A stretch of DNA of 39,786 nucleotides from a virus (Duplodnaviria > Caudoviricetes). Position numbers and translations under genes: made by a program. Where the stretch lies: positions 1 through 39,786 of the IMG/VR virus record IMGVR_UViG_3300037047_000007; one strand, given 5' to 3'. The stretch's first letter is position 1, and every line of letters starts with the position of its first letter. Of this stretch, positions 1 to 8,876 are shown piece after piece. The notes beneath the pieces are model-generated. The model did not search any database. It saw only the letters and a program-made list of their open reading frames with translations, and was not told where the DNA came from.

Positions 1-127
1 CACATCGGCCACCGCCTGGGCGCCGCCGGAAAACTCCACCTTGTTGGCCTGGAACAGCGGGTTCGCGTGCGTCAGCGTGCCGTCGCCGTAGAACGTGTGC
101 AGCTTGCCGAAGGCGGCAAACAGGCCC
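1..127. repeat. 127-bp terminal direct repeat, copy 1 (circular assembly overlap)
   Basis: Bases 1-127 are identical to 39660-39786; 127 is a common assembler k-mer; an ORF reads through the junction in frame. Confidence 0.95.
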
Positions 128-300
128 TTGGTGCCGGGCTCCAGGTCGGCCACCTTCACTAGGCCCGGCCGCTTGCTTGTGGCCAGGCCCGTGGTGACGT
201 GGGCGTTCTTCATCTCCAGCAGCCGGTTGGCATCGCTGACGCTCGCGCCCTTGCGCAGGTCAATGCCCAAGTCGAAGCGGTCGAAAACAATCTTGGCCAA
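1..300 (-). CDS. 5' part of tail tubular protein B/nozzle-like gene, continuing across the circular junction into 38559..39659 (466 aa total)
   Basis: TTG at 300 with AGGAG upstream; MAKIVFDRFDLGIDLRKG... runs without a stop into the 38559 ORF; 1401 nt in total. Confidence 0.8.
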   Translation of the reverse strand, partial: MAKIVFDRFDLGIDLRKGASVSDANRLLEMKNAHVTTGLATSKRPGLVKVADLEPGTKGLFAAFGKLHTFYGDGTLTHANPLFQANKVEFSGGAQAVADV

Positions 301-330
301 TCTCGGCTCCTGAGTAGTTGTGATGCGCGG

Positions 331-1764
331 TTAAACAGGAACAGGAAGAGAGCCGGGGCGCTCAGGACCGAAGCCGGCGTAATCCACGATAAGGATGTCG
401 GTCGCGGCGGCGGTGGTGGACTCTGTCGCCCGGATTGACGGGACGACACTGCTGGTGGATGGGTTCGGCCACTCGGCGGTTGTTGCTGTCCAGTTGCGCA
501 CAACCTCGCCGGTTCCAAGCACCCAGATGACAAAGCGGATTTCTGTGGCGGAAATCCAGTCGATGTCCAGCACGTAGTTCGTGTTGGATGTGAGCGTCAC
601 AGGTGCCGGGTCTACGACCTCCGGGTTACCGCTGATAAGCCGTCGTGCCCGGCAGGTCGCCACAAGGCCGACGATTTCAAGGAATGCGAAGTTGTTGGCG
701 AGCGCAGTGGCAATGCTGTTGCTGATGCCGATGCGTGCCGTTGCCGTTGCAATGCCTGGGGTGCGAAACACGTAGCGCATGGCGAACCCAGCGCCGACAA
801 ACAGGCCAGCCGCTGTTGCCAGTTGGTAACCACCACCCGCAGTTGTGCTGCTCCGAAGTGCCACAGCACCAAATAGTGGCGCTGCCGCACCGGTCGGCAG
901 GGCTAGCGTGCCAGAAGACACTGCGCTGACACCAAAAGGCACGACGCCTGTCGCGTTCGCGGCGTGTGCGAAGTCGTTGAAAATCCAACGATGCTGGGCA
1001 AACGTTCCAGCACTCCCGCCGCCACCGCCGCCTGACTCGTCTTGCCACGCAGTGGCGTAATCGGCGCCAGATACCTTCTTCAGCACCTGCCCGGCAGTGC
1101 CACCGGCAGGAACGCCGACACCAGCGGGCCCGATGGGTCCATCTTCGCCTTGCGGTCCTTGCGGGCCGGCCGGGCCTGCAACACCTTGCGCGCCTGCCGG
1201 GCCTTGTGGTCCGGTCGCTCCAGTGGCACCCGCCGGCCCTTGTGGACCTTGGGGGCCGGCCGGGCCTTGATCGCCCGTATCGCCCTTTGGACCAGCGGGG
1301 CCCATTGGCCCCTGCGGACCCTGCGGGCCAATATCGCCAGCGGGGCCTTGGTTGCCCTGCAGCCCTTGAATGCCTTGAGGACCAGCAGGACCGGCAGGAC
1401 CGGCAACAGCAGGCACAAACAAACCGGAGTCGCTTCCTGTGGTCAGCACGTTACCGGCATCGGCACTGATGCTGGCAGCCCCGCCACCAGAGCCGGGCGG
1501 GCCTTGGATACCTTGCGGGCCTTGCAACCCCTGCGGGCCAGGATCGCCTTTGTCGCCCTTCGGTCCTTGCGGACCCTGTGAGCCGGGATCGCCCTTCGGG
1601 CCTTGCGGACCTTGCGGCCCTGGGTCGCCTTGCGCGCCGCTCGGGCCAAGCGGCCCCTGCGGTCCCGGAACGCGCACGTAGTCGCGCAGCGCCCGGATGT
1701 CTCGACCCAAAGCGCCGGCCAGACTGCCAAGCTCCTGCTCAAGTTGCGCGTTGGTCTTCGGCAT
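331..1764 (-). CDS. Collagen-like fibre protein with C-terminal beta-rich, putative receptor-binding domain
   Basis: Two G-X-Y runs (~20 and ~32 triplets), [10 protein letters not shown] fibre motif, globular C-terminus, tail-module position. Confidence 0.85.
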   Translation of the reverse strand: MPKTNAQLEQELGSLAGALGRDIRALRDYVRVPGPQGPLGPSGAQGDPGPQGPQGPKGDPGSQGPQGPKGDKGDPGPQGLQGPQGIQGPPGSGGGAASISADAGNVLTTGSDSGLFVPAVAGPAGPAGPQGIQGLQGNQGPAGDIGPQGPQGPMGPAGPKGDTGDQGPAGPQGPQGPAGATGATGPQGPAGAQGVAGPAGPQGPQGEDGPIGPAGVGVPAGGTAGQVLKKVSGADYATAWQDESGGGGGGSAGTFAQHRWIFNDFAHAANATGVVPFGVSAVSSGTLALPTGAAAPLFGAVALRSSTTAGGGYQLATAAGLFVGAGFAMRYVFRTPGIATATARIGISNSIATALANNFAFLEIVGLVATCRARRLISGNPEVVDPAPVTLTSNTNYVLDIDWISATEIRFVIWVLGTGEVVRNWTATTAEWPNPSTSSVVPSIRATESTTAAATDILIVDYAGFGPERPGSLPVPV

Positions 1765-1766
1765 GA

Positions 1767-2507
1767 TCAGCTGCCCGCCTCTTGCTCGTAGATTTGGGTG
1801 GCGCTGGGCACATACACAAACGTGCTGCCCTTGCCGCCTGCGGGCGGGTTGTTGCCCGGGCGCACGCTCTTGTGGAAGAACCGCTTGTTCTCCTTCTGGC
1901 GGCCCTTCTCCTTGGCCAGCATGTTCTGGAAGCTGGTGGCCGCTGCCTGCGCATCGGGGTGGCGGTAGTGCGCCTTCGCGTTGGCCAGGGCGTACAGAAA
2001 CACCAGGCGGTCGGGCACGCTGGGCCGGTCGCTGGCGCGGTCAAAGCGCGCGCGGTCGGCCGTGTACTCCACGATCATGTCGTATGCGGCATCGGGAATC
2101 GGGTACAGCTCGATCTGCCCGTTCAGGTGGTCGTACTTGGTCGGCTGGCCGGTCAGTGTGGAAAAGCTCCGGTCCGACTCGGTGATGCCTTGCGTCAGCG
2201 GCTCGCGGATTTGATCACCCACCTTCACCCACACCGACAGCACGCGGCCCGGGTCGATGCCCTCGTCTTCCTGGTCGTTGTGCCAGTCGTACAGGTAAGA
2301 GCCGGCCACCAGCTGGATGGTGGTCTTCTTGCGCATGGCGGGCGGCTCCAGCTCGCCAAACACGTAGTCGTGCGCTTCCTGCAGGAAGCTCTTGATCACC
2401 GTGTCGTTGTTCTTGCTGGCGCTGCCTTGCGTGACAAAGCCCAGCCGCGCGCGCAGCTCGGTCATCAGCTCGCCCAGCGTGCGGTAGCGTTCGGTCAATC
2501 CGTTCAT
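1767..2507 (-). CDS. Putative head-tail adaptor/tail tubular protein A
   Basis: 246 aa; GQPTKY...IELYPIPD...VEY pattern resembles podoviral adaptors; lies upstream of the nozzle-like gene. Confidence 0.6.
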   Translation of the reverse strand: MNGLTERYRTLGELMTELRARLGFVTQGSASKNNDTVIKSFLQEAHDYVFGELEPPAMRKKTTIQLVAGSYLYDWHNDQEDEGIDPGRVLSVWVKVGDQIREPLTQGITESDRSFSTLTGQPTKYDHLNGQIELYPIPDAAYDMIVEYTADRARFDRASDRPSVPDRLVFLYALANAKAHYRHPDAQAAATSFQNMLAKEKGRQKENKRFFHKSVRPGNNPPAGGKGSTFVYVPSATQIYEQEAGS

Positions 2508-2514
2508 GTAGGCC

Positions 2515-3213
2515 TCACGAAGTGGTCAGCACGATGCGCAACTGGCCGGCCACCAGCTGCAGCTGCGCATTGACGCTGGTGCGCCCGATCAGGCTGGCGG
2601 TCTTGGTCGTGTTGTCGATGCTCGTCACCGCACCGTCGGCACCGTCTGCACCGGGCAGGCCTTGAATGCCCTGAATGCCTTGGATGCCCTGCAGGCCTTG
2701 CGGACCTTGCGGGCCTTCCGGTCCTTGCGGTCCCGTGTCGCCGGTCTCGCCCTTGCCGAATTCCTTGCCCGTGGACCAGTCGCCGCTGGTGTTGGACAAC
2801 TTGAAGTACAGGAATCCGGTGTCCATGGCCAGGAAGCTGAAGCCCTTGGGCTGCAGGTCGTACAGGCCACGGTTGGCGAACAGGTCGCGCGCGTTGGCGC
2901 TGAAGGATGCCCCGGTGTCGCCCTTGGGCCCTTGCACGCCTTGCGGACCCTGCGGGCCGGCCGGACCTGCCGGACCTTGCGGGCCGACGGGGCCGGTCAA
3001 GCCGTCCACCACGTCGGGCGCCAGGCTGGCCAGCGTGACGATCGCATCCTTCAGGGTGCCATCGTCGTTCTGCAGCAGGGCCGCATTGGCGCGCAGCGCG
3101 TTGATGCTCAGCGCTGCCTTGTCCAGCTCGGCATTGATCGCGCCGTGGTCGGTGCGGTCCGGGTTGTTCTCCAGGAAGTTCTTGGTCCGGTTGTAGGCGG
3201 GTGCTTGCGGCAT
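2515..3213 (-). CDS. Short collagen-repeat tail fibre/adaptor protein (232 aa)
   Basis: ATG 3213 after GAGGA; N-terminus is paralogous to the tailspike N-terminus (NAELDxAALSIN...DDG); two G-X-Y runs. Confidence 0.8.
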   Translation of the reverse strand: MPQAPAYNRTKNFLENNPDRTDHGAINAELDKAALSINALRANAALLQNDDGTLKDAIVTLASLAPDVVDGLTGPVGPQGPAGPAGPQGPQGVQGPKGDTGASFSANARDLFANRGLYDLQPKGFSFLAMDTGFLYFKLSNTSGDWSTGKEFGKGETGDTGPQGPEGPQGPQGLQGIQGIQGIQGLPGADGADGAVTSIDNTTKTASLIGRTSVNAQLQLVAGQLRIVLTTS

Positions 3214-3220
3214 GCTGTCC

Positions 3221-3448
3221 TCACTTGATCTTGATGTGGTCCCAAGCTGCCACCACGGCCGTGGCCAGCGCGCCGATCCACAGCAGCGGCTTGGCCACCT
3301 TGGCCAGCCACTCCAGCACCGTGAAAGCGCCCTGGGCGGCTTTGAACGCATCCACCATGCCGGCGGTGTTGGCATCGATGTTGTCCACCTTCTGCTCGAC
3401 GGCGATCAGGCGCTCGAAAATTTCGCGGTGGGTGACTTCGTTTTCCAT
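3221..3448 (-). CDS. Small coiled-coil plus C-terminal TM protein (holin/antiholin-like)
   Basis: MENEVTHREIFERLIAVEQKVD... followed by hydrophobic LLWIGALATAVVAAW and a basic tail. Confidence 0.55.
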   Translation of the reverse strand: MENEVTHREIFERLIAVEQKVDNIDANTAGMVDAFKAAQGAFTVLEWLAKVAKPLLWIGALATAVVAAWDHIKIK

Positions 3449-3450
3449 GC

Positions 3451-4227
3451 TCACAGCTCGTTGTCGCAGGCCCAGGTGCCGGATGCCGTGCCGTGGTTGT
3501 TGGTCACGGTGGTGTTGAGGAACAGAGAACACTGGTCAATGCCCGGGTTCGTTGTGGCCGTGCCGCCGGCGTAAGGCGTCGGGATGCCGCTCACATAGAG
3601 CTGAATGCTCCCGTAGGCCATCACGTAGCCGTTTGTGCGCTTGGTGGCCTTGAAGGCGATCGGCAGCATCATGGCCGTCAGGAAGCCGCTGCTGGGCGGC
3701 AGGTACAGAGCCGGCACCAGGCCGGTCTCGAAGTACCGCTGGCACAGCAGGCGCTCCAGGCCCTGCGGGCGATCCTCGAATGCCGTGGCCACCGTGCCCA
3801 GCTCAAACTGCGGCTGGCTGACTGTGCCGCCGCTGAAGCGGATGGTCAGGTTGTTGCCGCCCGTGACCGATACCGTCCCACCCTTGGCCACCGCCACGCC
3901 GCCCACGGTTGCTGTGGCCGTGCCGGTCCAGTTCAGCACGTAGGTGCCCGTCACCAGGTTGATGCCTTCAATCACCTGCTCCATGCCACCTGCGGGTGCC
4001 GTGCAGGTGAACACGTTGCCGGTCTGGCTGTAGCTGATGGACTGGCCGGAAGTGACGACGCGCCAGCGGTCCAGCGTGTACTGGTTTGCAATGCCGGTGG
4101 CCGTACCGCTGACGTAGCCGCGCTGGTTGACGCGGAAATCAGCGTTGATCAGTTTGTTGCGGAATGCGGTCAGAGCTGCTTGAGCTTCAGGGTTCAGGAG
4201 TTGGTACGGTACTCGGGTGGTCATCAA
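3451..4227 (-). CDS. Tail fibre-associated carbohydrate-binding-like protein
   Basis: RNKLINADFRVNQRG...DRW...QFELGTVATAFEDRP...LCQRYF motif set is common in phage fibres. Confidence 0.7.
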   Translation of the reverse strand: MMTTRVPYQLLNPEAQAALTAFRNKLINADFRVNQRGYVSGTATGIANQYTLDRWRVVTSGQSISYSQTGNVFTCTAPAGGMEQVIEGINLVTGTYVLNWTGTATATVGGVAVAKGGTVSVTGGNNLTIRFSGGTVSQPQFELGTVATAFEDRPQGLERLLCQRYFETGLVPALYLPPSSGFLTAMMLPIAFKATKRTNGYVMAYGSIQLYVSGIPTPYAGGTATTNPGIDQCSLFLNTTVTNNHGTASGTWACDNEL

Positions 4228-4250
4228 TCAACGCATGTGCGCCTCGCTGG

Positions 4251-4484
4251 TCAGATGAACGGATTGCCGTTCGCAATTTCAAACCACCCGATCAGCACAG
4301 CCCCACCCGCCACCGTTGCCAGCGCATCCAGCACTTCAGGCGTGCCGTGCCCGCGCATGTCTCGCAGTTCCTTGCCGATGGCTGCAATGCAGACCGCAAG
4401 CATGGCGGGGAAAATGCCGAAGGGGTAGAGGATGGCGGCTATGGCGATGCCTGCCAGGAGGTGCAGGAGTTTGTCAGTGGGCAT
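4251..4484 (-). CDS. Small membrane protein (DKLLH...GKE motif, VanZ/YfiM-like)
   Basis: ATG 4484; 77 aa; hydrophobic segments. Confidence 0.6.
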   Translation of the reverse strand: MPTDKLLHLLAGIAIAAILYPFGIFPAMLAVCIAAIGKELRDMRGHGTPEVLDALATVAGGAVLIGWFEIANGNPFI

Positions 4485-4488
4485 GGTG

Positions 4489-7125
4489 TTACCCCAACCG
4501 CGTGAGCACCCAGTCCCACGTTGTTGTGCCGTAGCCCGATCCGACAACAAGCTGAATAGACAGCCCGGACATTGTGATGTTCATGTCCAATGCGCCGCCA
4601 GTCGTGTTGCTTTGCGCGATGCGAACGGCTCCCGCCGAATTATTAAAGGCCATCACATACGCGGCCACACTATTTGACCCAGACCCAGACTGTCTCACAG
4701 TGATGAGATAGCTTTGATTGACCGCGCTGCTGGAAAGCGTTGTCAGCGTTGTGGTTGAACTCGCACCGGCCGAAACTTGCCCACGACTCAAGAAATTTTG
4801 GCTTGAGTTATTAACGTTGGTGTTGCCAATCGTCGTATTGGTGAGGGCGACGTTGTTCAGCGTATAAGCTCCGCCGAGTCTCTTGAAGGAGCCAGAAAGA
4901 GTGCCCGTCGCCGGGTTCCATACCGTGGCGCTGGCATAACGGATCAGGTTGTCATCAAACACCCAGCGCGCAGCGTTTCCGCCCTCGACCGCATATGGCA
5001 CCGTTGACGAGCCAGAAATGTCAAAAACGTTCCCGGCGATCACACCATAAGAGGTTGTGTTGTCTATCAAGATTGCGGCGCCCTCGGTGCCTGCCGCTAT
5101 GCTGGTCGCGTACTCGCTGAATGTGTTGCCGGTAATGTTGACCGGCAAGCAGTTAGAACCAATGACCACCACGTTCTTCGTGCACTGGCGCACGACGTTT
5201 CCATTGATAGTCAGATTCAGGGTGTTGTCCGCCCGGACAAAGTTTTGCAGATGGCGGGCAGCCGTAGGCGATGTGAAGCCCAAGACCGTAGCGCCTGTGA
5301 TCGTCACATCGCGCGCGTAGGTACTGTCGATCCCGATGTTGATGCGGTCACTTGTTTGTTCTGCGCAGACCAAATGGATAGCTGCTATTTGCACCTGCTC
5401 AACGCGGCGGCTGGCCAAGCCCGCGATCTTGATAATCGGTTTCGGGTTGACGTTGATAGTCTCGCCTGCGTACAGGTTGACGATGCTTGTGTTGATGTGG
5501 TTGGTGTCGGAATCAAAGGGGGAAAGTTCAACGCAACACTCCGTCCCACCATTGGCCCACACATTTGTCAACCGATTGCCGCCCGCAGCCAGACGCAAAG
5601 GGACAGGACCGCGCGTGAACTCTGAGGACTCAATCGAGCCATCCGAATACAGGTGGGCTCCGCCGCCCGTGGCGTTGTCACAGCGGACAAACAATCGCCG
5701 CCAGCGTGCCAGCCCTTGCTTGTTGTAGATGCCCCACTCGGTGGCGTTGTAAACACCAACCGCATCCAGCGACAGGAACGCGCCAAACTCGCCGTCAATA
5801 CCCTTGGCGCATTTGTTTTCACAGTCCAGGCGCATCAGCTCAAAACTGATGTTGTCCGCGCCGTTGGCGAGCTTGAAGATGTGCGCTTGCCCGGCGTCGC
5901 GTGCCGTGAAGCGGGTTTTGCGGGTCTTGCCGTAGTGCCAAAATCCTGCGCCGCGATAGGTGGCACCCGCAGCGGCGGCAGGCACGGTCAACGGGCCGAC
6001 GAGATAGTTGGCATCCGCGAACAGCAACGACTTGTTGGTGTTCAGCGCCGCTTGAACCGGCGCCGTGTCATCCGCCACCCCGTCGCCAACTGCGCCAAAG
6101 TCCTCCGGTGTCACAGTTTCGCGTAGCTTGGATTGAGTGGACCGCAAAACAGATGCAGCGCCCGCCTGAACAAACCCAACCAGTGCCGCACCGGCGCTCG
6201 ACATCACGCGCGCAATGAAGCCTTGGACTGTGGTAAACAAGCTGCCGCTTGATGCGTCGCTGGCTGCCAGCTTTGTGGCTTGGATGCCTGCATCGCTGGC
6301 CACCTTGTCGTCGGTCACACTGCCATCGGCGGGCACGTTCAGGCCCAGCGCTTCCAGATAAGCCACTTCGACCGACTGCACACCCAGCGGGATCGGGCTG
6401 GTGAAGGTCAGCGTCATGCCGCTGGTGGTGTACTGGTCGTTATGCTGCACGGCCGCGTCGAAGAACACGAACACGTTCTTGGCCGTCACCGGGTCAGAGG
6501 GCAGCGTCAGGGCTGTGGTCACGCCAGGGGTGAAGCCGGCGCCCGCTGTGAAGATCGGGCGCTTGAACTGGCCCGATGGCGTGGCGTTGGTGAATCCGGG
6601 AATGCTCGCGTCGTAGGCGCGGAACAGCTTGGCCGAGCTGTTGTAGTAGAAGTCGCCGCTGTTGAGCGGCTGGCCGTTCAGGTCCGTGGCTGGGTCGGCT
6701 GTTTGCGCGCCCAGGTACAGGCCGTTGAAGATGGTTTGGGCAGCTGTGGCGGCCCCTGCTGCGCTGTTGGCGGCGTTGGTGGACGACTGCGCCGCTGAGA
6801 TGGCGGACGCATTGGCCGCGTCGCGTGCACCGGTGGCGGTGACAGCCGCCAGCGTGGCCTGACTTGCTGCGGTCTGCGCATCCTGCACCGAATCGTTCAG
6901 CTCTCCCTTGACCGCATCGAAGGCCGAAGGCGCCAGCTGCTCAGCGCCAACGATGCCATTGGCCAGGCCGCCGTCGTCGCGCTGGATCAGCGCCAGGTTG
7001 TCCCTGATCTGGTTGATGGACAGCGCAGCCGCGTCCAGCTCCGCATTGATCCCGGCGTGGTTGGTGTCATCACCATCGCGCTCGGTGAAATCGACTTCGC
7101 GGTTGAATGCTTGCGGCTGCGCCAT
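4489..7125 (-). CDS. Tailspike with pectate-lyase-like beta-helix (putative polysaccharide depolymerase)
   Basis: 878 aa; DFGAVGDGVADDT motif followed by Asn/Thr-rich beta-helix repeats; N-terminal virion anchor. Confidence 0.85.
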   Translation of the reverse strand: MAQPQAFNREVDFTERDGDDTNHAGINAELDAAALSINQIRDNLALIQRDDGGLANGIVGAEQLAPSAFDAVKGELNDSVQDAQTAASQATLAAVTATGARDAANASAISAAQSSTNAANSAAGAATAAQTIFNGLYLGAQTADPATDLNGQPLNSGDFYYNSSAKLFRAYDASIPGFTNATPSGQFKRPIFTAGAGFTPGVTTALTLPSDPVTAKNVFVFFDAAVQHNDQYTTSGMTLTFTSPIPLGVQSVEVAYLEALGLNVPADGSVTDDKVASDAGIQATKLAASDASSGSLFTTVQGFIARVMSSAGAALVGFVQAGAASVLRSTQSKLRETVTPEDFGAVGDGVADDTAPVQAALNTNKSLLFADANYLVGPLTVPAAAAGATYRGAGFWHYGKTRKTRFTARDAGQAHIFKLANGADNISFELMRLDCENKCAKGIDGEFGAFLSLDAVGVYNATEWGIYNKQGLARWRRLFVRCDNATGGGAHLYSDGSIESSEFTRGPVPLRLAAGGNRLTNVWANGGTECCVELSPFDSDTNHINTSIVNLYAGETINVNPKPIIKIAGLASRRVEQVQIAAIHLVCAEQTSDRINIGIDSTYARDVTITGATVLGFTSPTAARHLQNFVRADNTLNLTINGNVVRQCTKNVVVIGSNCLPVNITGNTFSEYATSIAAGTEGAAILIDNTTSYGVIAGNVFDISGSSTVPYAVEGGNAARWVFDDNLIRYASATVWNPATGTLSGSFKRLGGAYTLNNVALTNTTIGNTNVNNSSQNFLSRGQVSAGASSTTTLTTLSSSAVNQSYLITVRQSGSGSNSVAAYVMAFNNSAGAVRIAQSNTTGGALDMNITMSGLSIQLVVGSGYGTTTWDWVLTRLG

Positions 7126-7137
7126 CGTGCTGCTTCC

Positions 7138-7470
7138 TTACTGTGCGGCCTCTTCGGTCTTGTCGGCCTTCTCGGCCTTGGGCTTGCCGGCCTTGACGGC
7201 GGACTTCTCGACCAGCTCGGTCAGGCGCTCACCGCCGTCGTCGCCGTAGACCTTGATGACCTTCTGCGCGCCGTACTTGGCGCTCAGGCGCTCGAACTCG
7301 CCGGCGGCATCCACTTCGAGGGTGGCCACGGTCTTGTCGCCGTTGACGTTCTCTTTGCCGAACATCTGCCGCAGCATGGTCAGCTCGTAGGGCGGAACGG
7401 TCACGGGGGTGATGGTGTTGGCGTCACGGCGCACCATGACCTCCACCAGGGGAACGTTGATCTTGCTCAT
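7138..7470 (-). CDS. Hypothetical virion/assembly protein downstream of capsid (110 aa)
   Basis: ATG 7470 with GGAG; phage-typical codon usage. Confidence 0.7.
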   Translation of the reverse strand: MSKINVPLVEVMVRRDANTITPVTVPPYELTMLRQMFGKENVNGDKTVATLEVDAAGEFERLSAKYGAQKVIKVYGDDGGERLTELVEKSAVKAGKPKAEKADKTEEAAQ

Positions 7471-7492
7471 TGGGTTGCTCCAGGGGATTGCA

Positions 7493-7517
7493 GAACCCCG
7501 GCTCTGGGCCGGGGCTC
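7493..7517 (-). terminator. GC-rich hairpin after the capsid gene (terminator or mRNA-stability element)
   Basis: GAGCCCCGGC-ccaga-GCCGGGGTTC 10-bp stem; no strong U-tract. Confidence 0.45.
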
Positions 7518-7528
7518 GGGGCTGGCGA

Positions 7529-8575
7529 TCAGGCGATGGCCAGGACGGCGTGCGCGTTGGCACGGCTGATGGACAGCGCGCAGCGCAGGTTCACCATGGC
7601 GTACATGGCCAGCGTGTCGTGCGGGCGCACCGGCGTCACGATGTCCATGTCGTCGTCGCGGTACTTCATGAACTTGGTGTTGATGAAGTAGGCGCGCTTG
7701 TTCCAGGACACGGTGGCGGTCTCCAGGGTCTGCAGCTCTTCAAACTGCGGGTCCCAGATGATTTCCACGCCCTTGAAGTACAGGCCCGTGTTCACACCGC
7801 TACCCACACCGGCGTCCAGCGTCTTGACGGCGCCGGCGTTCGCGTTGTTGGTGACGGTGATTTCCTTGCGGTAGGCGTCGATGAAGTCGCCACCGGCCAG
7901 GATGAAGTCCGGGCTGCCGCCGTTCTTGATGCACTTGCGCCAGTTGACTTCCATGGCCTGGGCCAGGGTGCCCACCGATGCGGTGCTGATGCCGGTCTGG
8001 GCGTTGTTGCGCCAGTAGGTGGCGGTCGCGCGGTCCAGGCCACCCACGGTGCCGGTGGTCGGCGCGGTCGAAACCAGCACATCCAGGCCCACGATGGCGT
8101 CGGCGTCGGCCGTGCCGTTGCGGTGCAGCTCCAGGTCCAGCTTCTGCATGAAGCCTTCCTTGAGCGATTCCATCTGCTCGTCCAGCAGGTTCAGGAGCTG
8201 CACCTTCTCGTTCTGCTCCAGCTTGTAGGCGCCACGCTCGCCCTCGCGCACCTTGATACCGTTGCCGAACAGGCGGTCGTAATCGAGGTACAGGCCGTCC
8301 ACGGCACGGCGCCATGGGAAGCTGGCCTGCTCGGTGGTGTTGCGCTTGTTGAACACCACCGCGTCCTCGCCGTAGGCCCAATTGAAGTTGGAGCCGTAGG
8401 TCTTGCGGACGTTCTCGACGATGTTCTGTTTGGCGCCCAGGAAGGTCTTGCGGCCTGCCATGAGCTTCTTGAGAAGGGGGCGCTCCGTGGCGATCTGGTC
8501 CACGGGCATGTTGCGCAGGTACTCGTCCAAGGAAACCTTGGCCAACTCCTGCAGATCACCGGCTGAAATAGGCAT
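7529..8575 (-). CDS. Major capsid protein (348 aa)
   Basis: ATG 8575 after GGAG; size, strong codon bias and position after portal and scaffold; C-terminal ...ISRANAHAVL. Confidence 0.85.
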   Translation of the reverse strand: MPISAGDLQELAKVSLDEYLRNMPVDQIATERPLLKKLMAGRKTFLGAKQNIVENVRKTYGSNFNWAYGEDAVVFNKRNTTEQASFPWRRAVDGLYLDYDRLFGNGIKVREGERGAYKLEQNEKVQLLNLLDEQMESLKEGFMQKLDLELHRNGTADADAIVGLDVLVSTAPTTGTVGGLDRATATYWRNNAQTGISTASVGTLAQAMEVNWRKCIKNGGSPDFILAGGDFIDAYRKEITVTNNANAGAVKTLDAGVGSGVNTGLYFKGVEIIWDPQFEELQTLETATVSWNKRAYFINTKFMKYRDDDMDIVTPVRPHDTLAMYAMVNLRCALSISRANAHAVLAIA

Positions 8576-8579
8576 ATCA

Positions 8580-8845
8580 CTGCTCCGAAATGAAAGGTTG
8601 AAAAACACCTTCCACACCGTCCACGCAGACCATCCCGTGTGTTCAGCGGCTCAGATTCCCGGCGCGACTCGGGTACGGCTTGATCTGATGCGCTTGGTCC
8701 TGCAGGACGCGACCCCTGCAATGCAGCGACAAATTCGGTGGGCACCACATGGGCATGCCGGCTGATCCGCTGCGGGAGGCGATCCCCGCTTACGCGCCTT
8801 GCGGACCAGTCAGCACATCCATGCGGAACTGGCAGCCGAATTATT
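8580..8845 (-). ncRNA. Candidate structured RNA leader of the capsid mRNA with three UCGC-loop hairpins
   Basis: Hairpins at 8772-8789, 8701-8720 and 8658-8673 with loops GAUCGCCU, GGUCGCGU, AGUCGCGC, two of them inside longer enclosing stems. Confidence 0.55.
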
Positions 8846-8876
8846 GGGGGCTGTCAATACCTCGGCGGACTTTTGT
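8840..8876 (-). promoter_or_regulatory. Putative late promoter (capsid): ACAAAAGT-CCGCCG-N17-AATAAT
   Basis: One of five spacing-conserved copies. Confidence 0.65.

Noticed and set aside
1-127. Terminal repeat as a biological DTR
   Set aside because: Length equals a common assembly k-mer and it falls mid-gene; more likely an assembly overlap
1100-1670. GGNCCNCAR-type DNA repeats
   Set aside because: Explained by collagen G-P-Q coding
3451-4227. Diversity-generating retroelement target
   Set aside because: No reverse transcriptase and no template/variable repeat pair seen in the genome
7174-7210. Sixth copy of the late motif (GAGAAGTCCGCCG) upstream of the tailspike
   Set aside because: The hexamer 17 bp downstream is AAGGCC, not -10-like, and the A-tract is degenerate
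7470-7563. Open alternative frame linking the capsid end to the next gene (T7 10B-like frameshift)
   Set aside because: Would need a +1/-2 shift, no slippery sequence was seen, and the downstream gene has its own RBS
8852-8857. Perfect TTGACA (minus strand) upstream of the capsid leader as a sigma70 -35
   Set aside because: No -10 at 16-18 bp; the AATAAT lies only 6 nt away and instead fits the CCGCCG-N17 spacing
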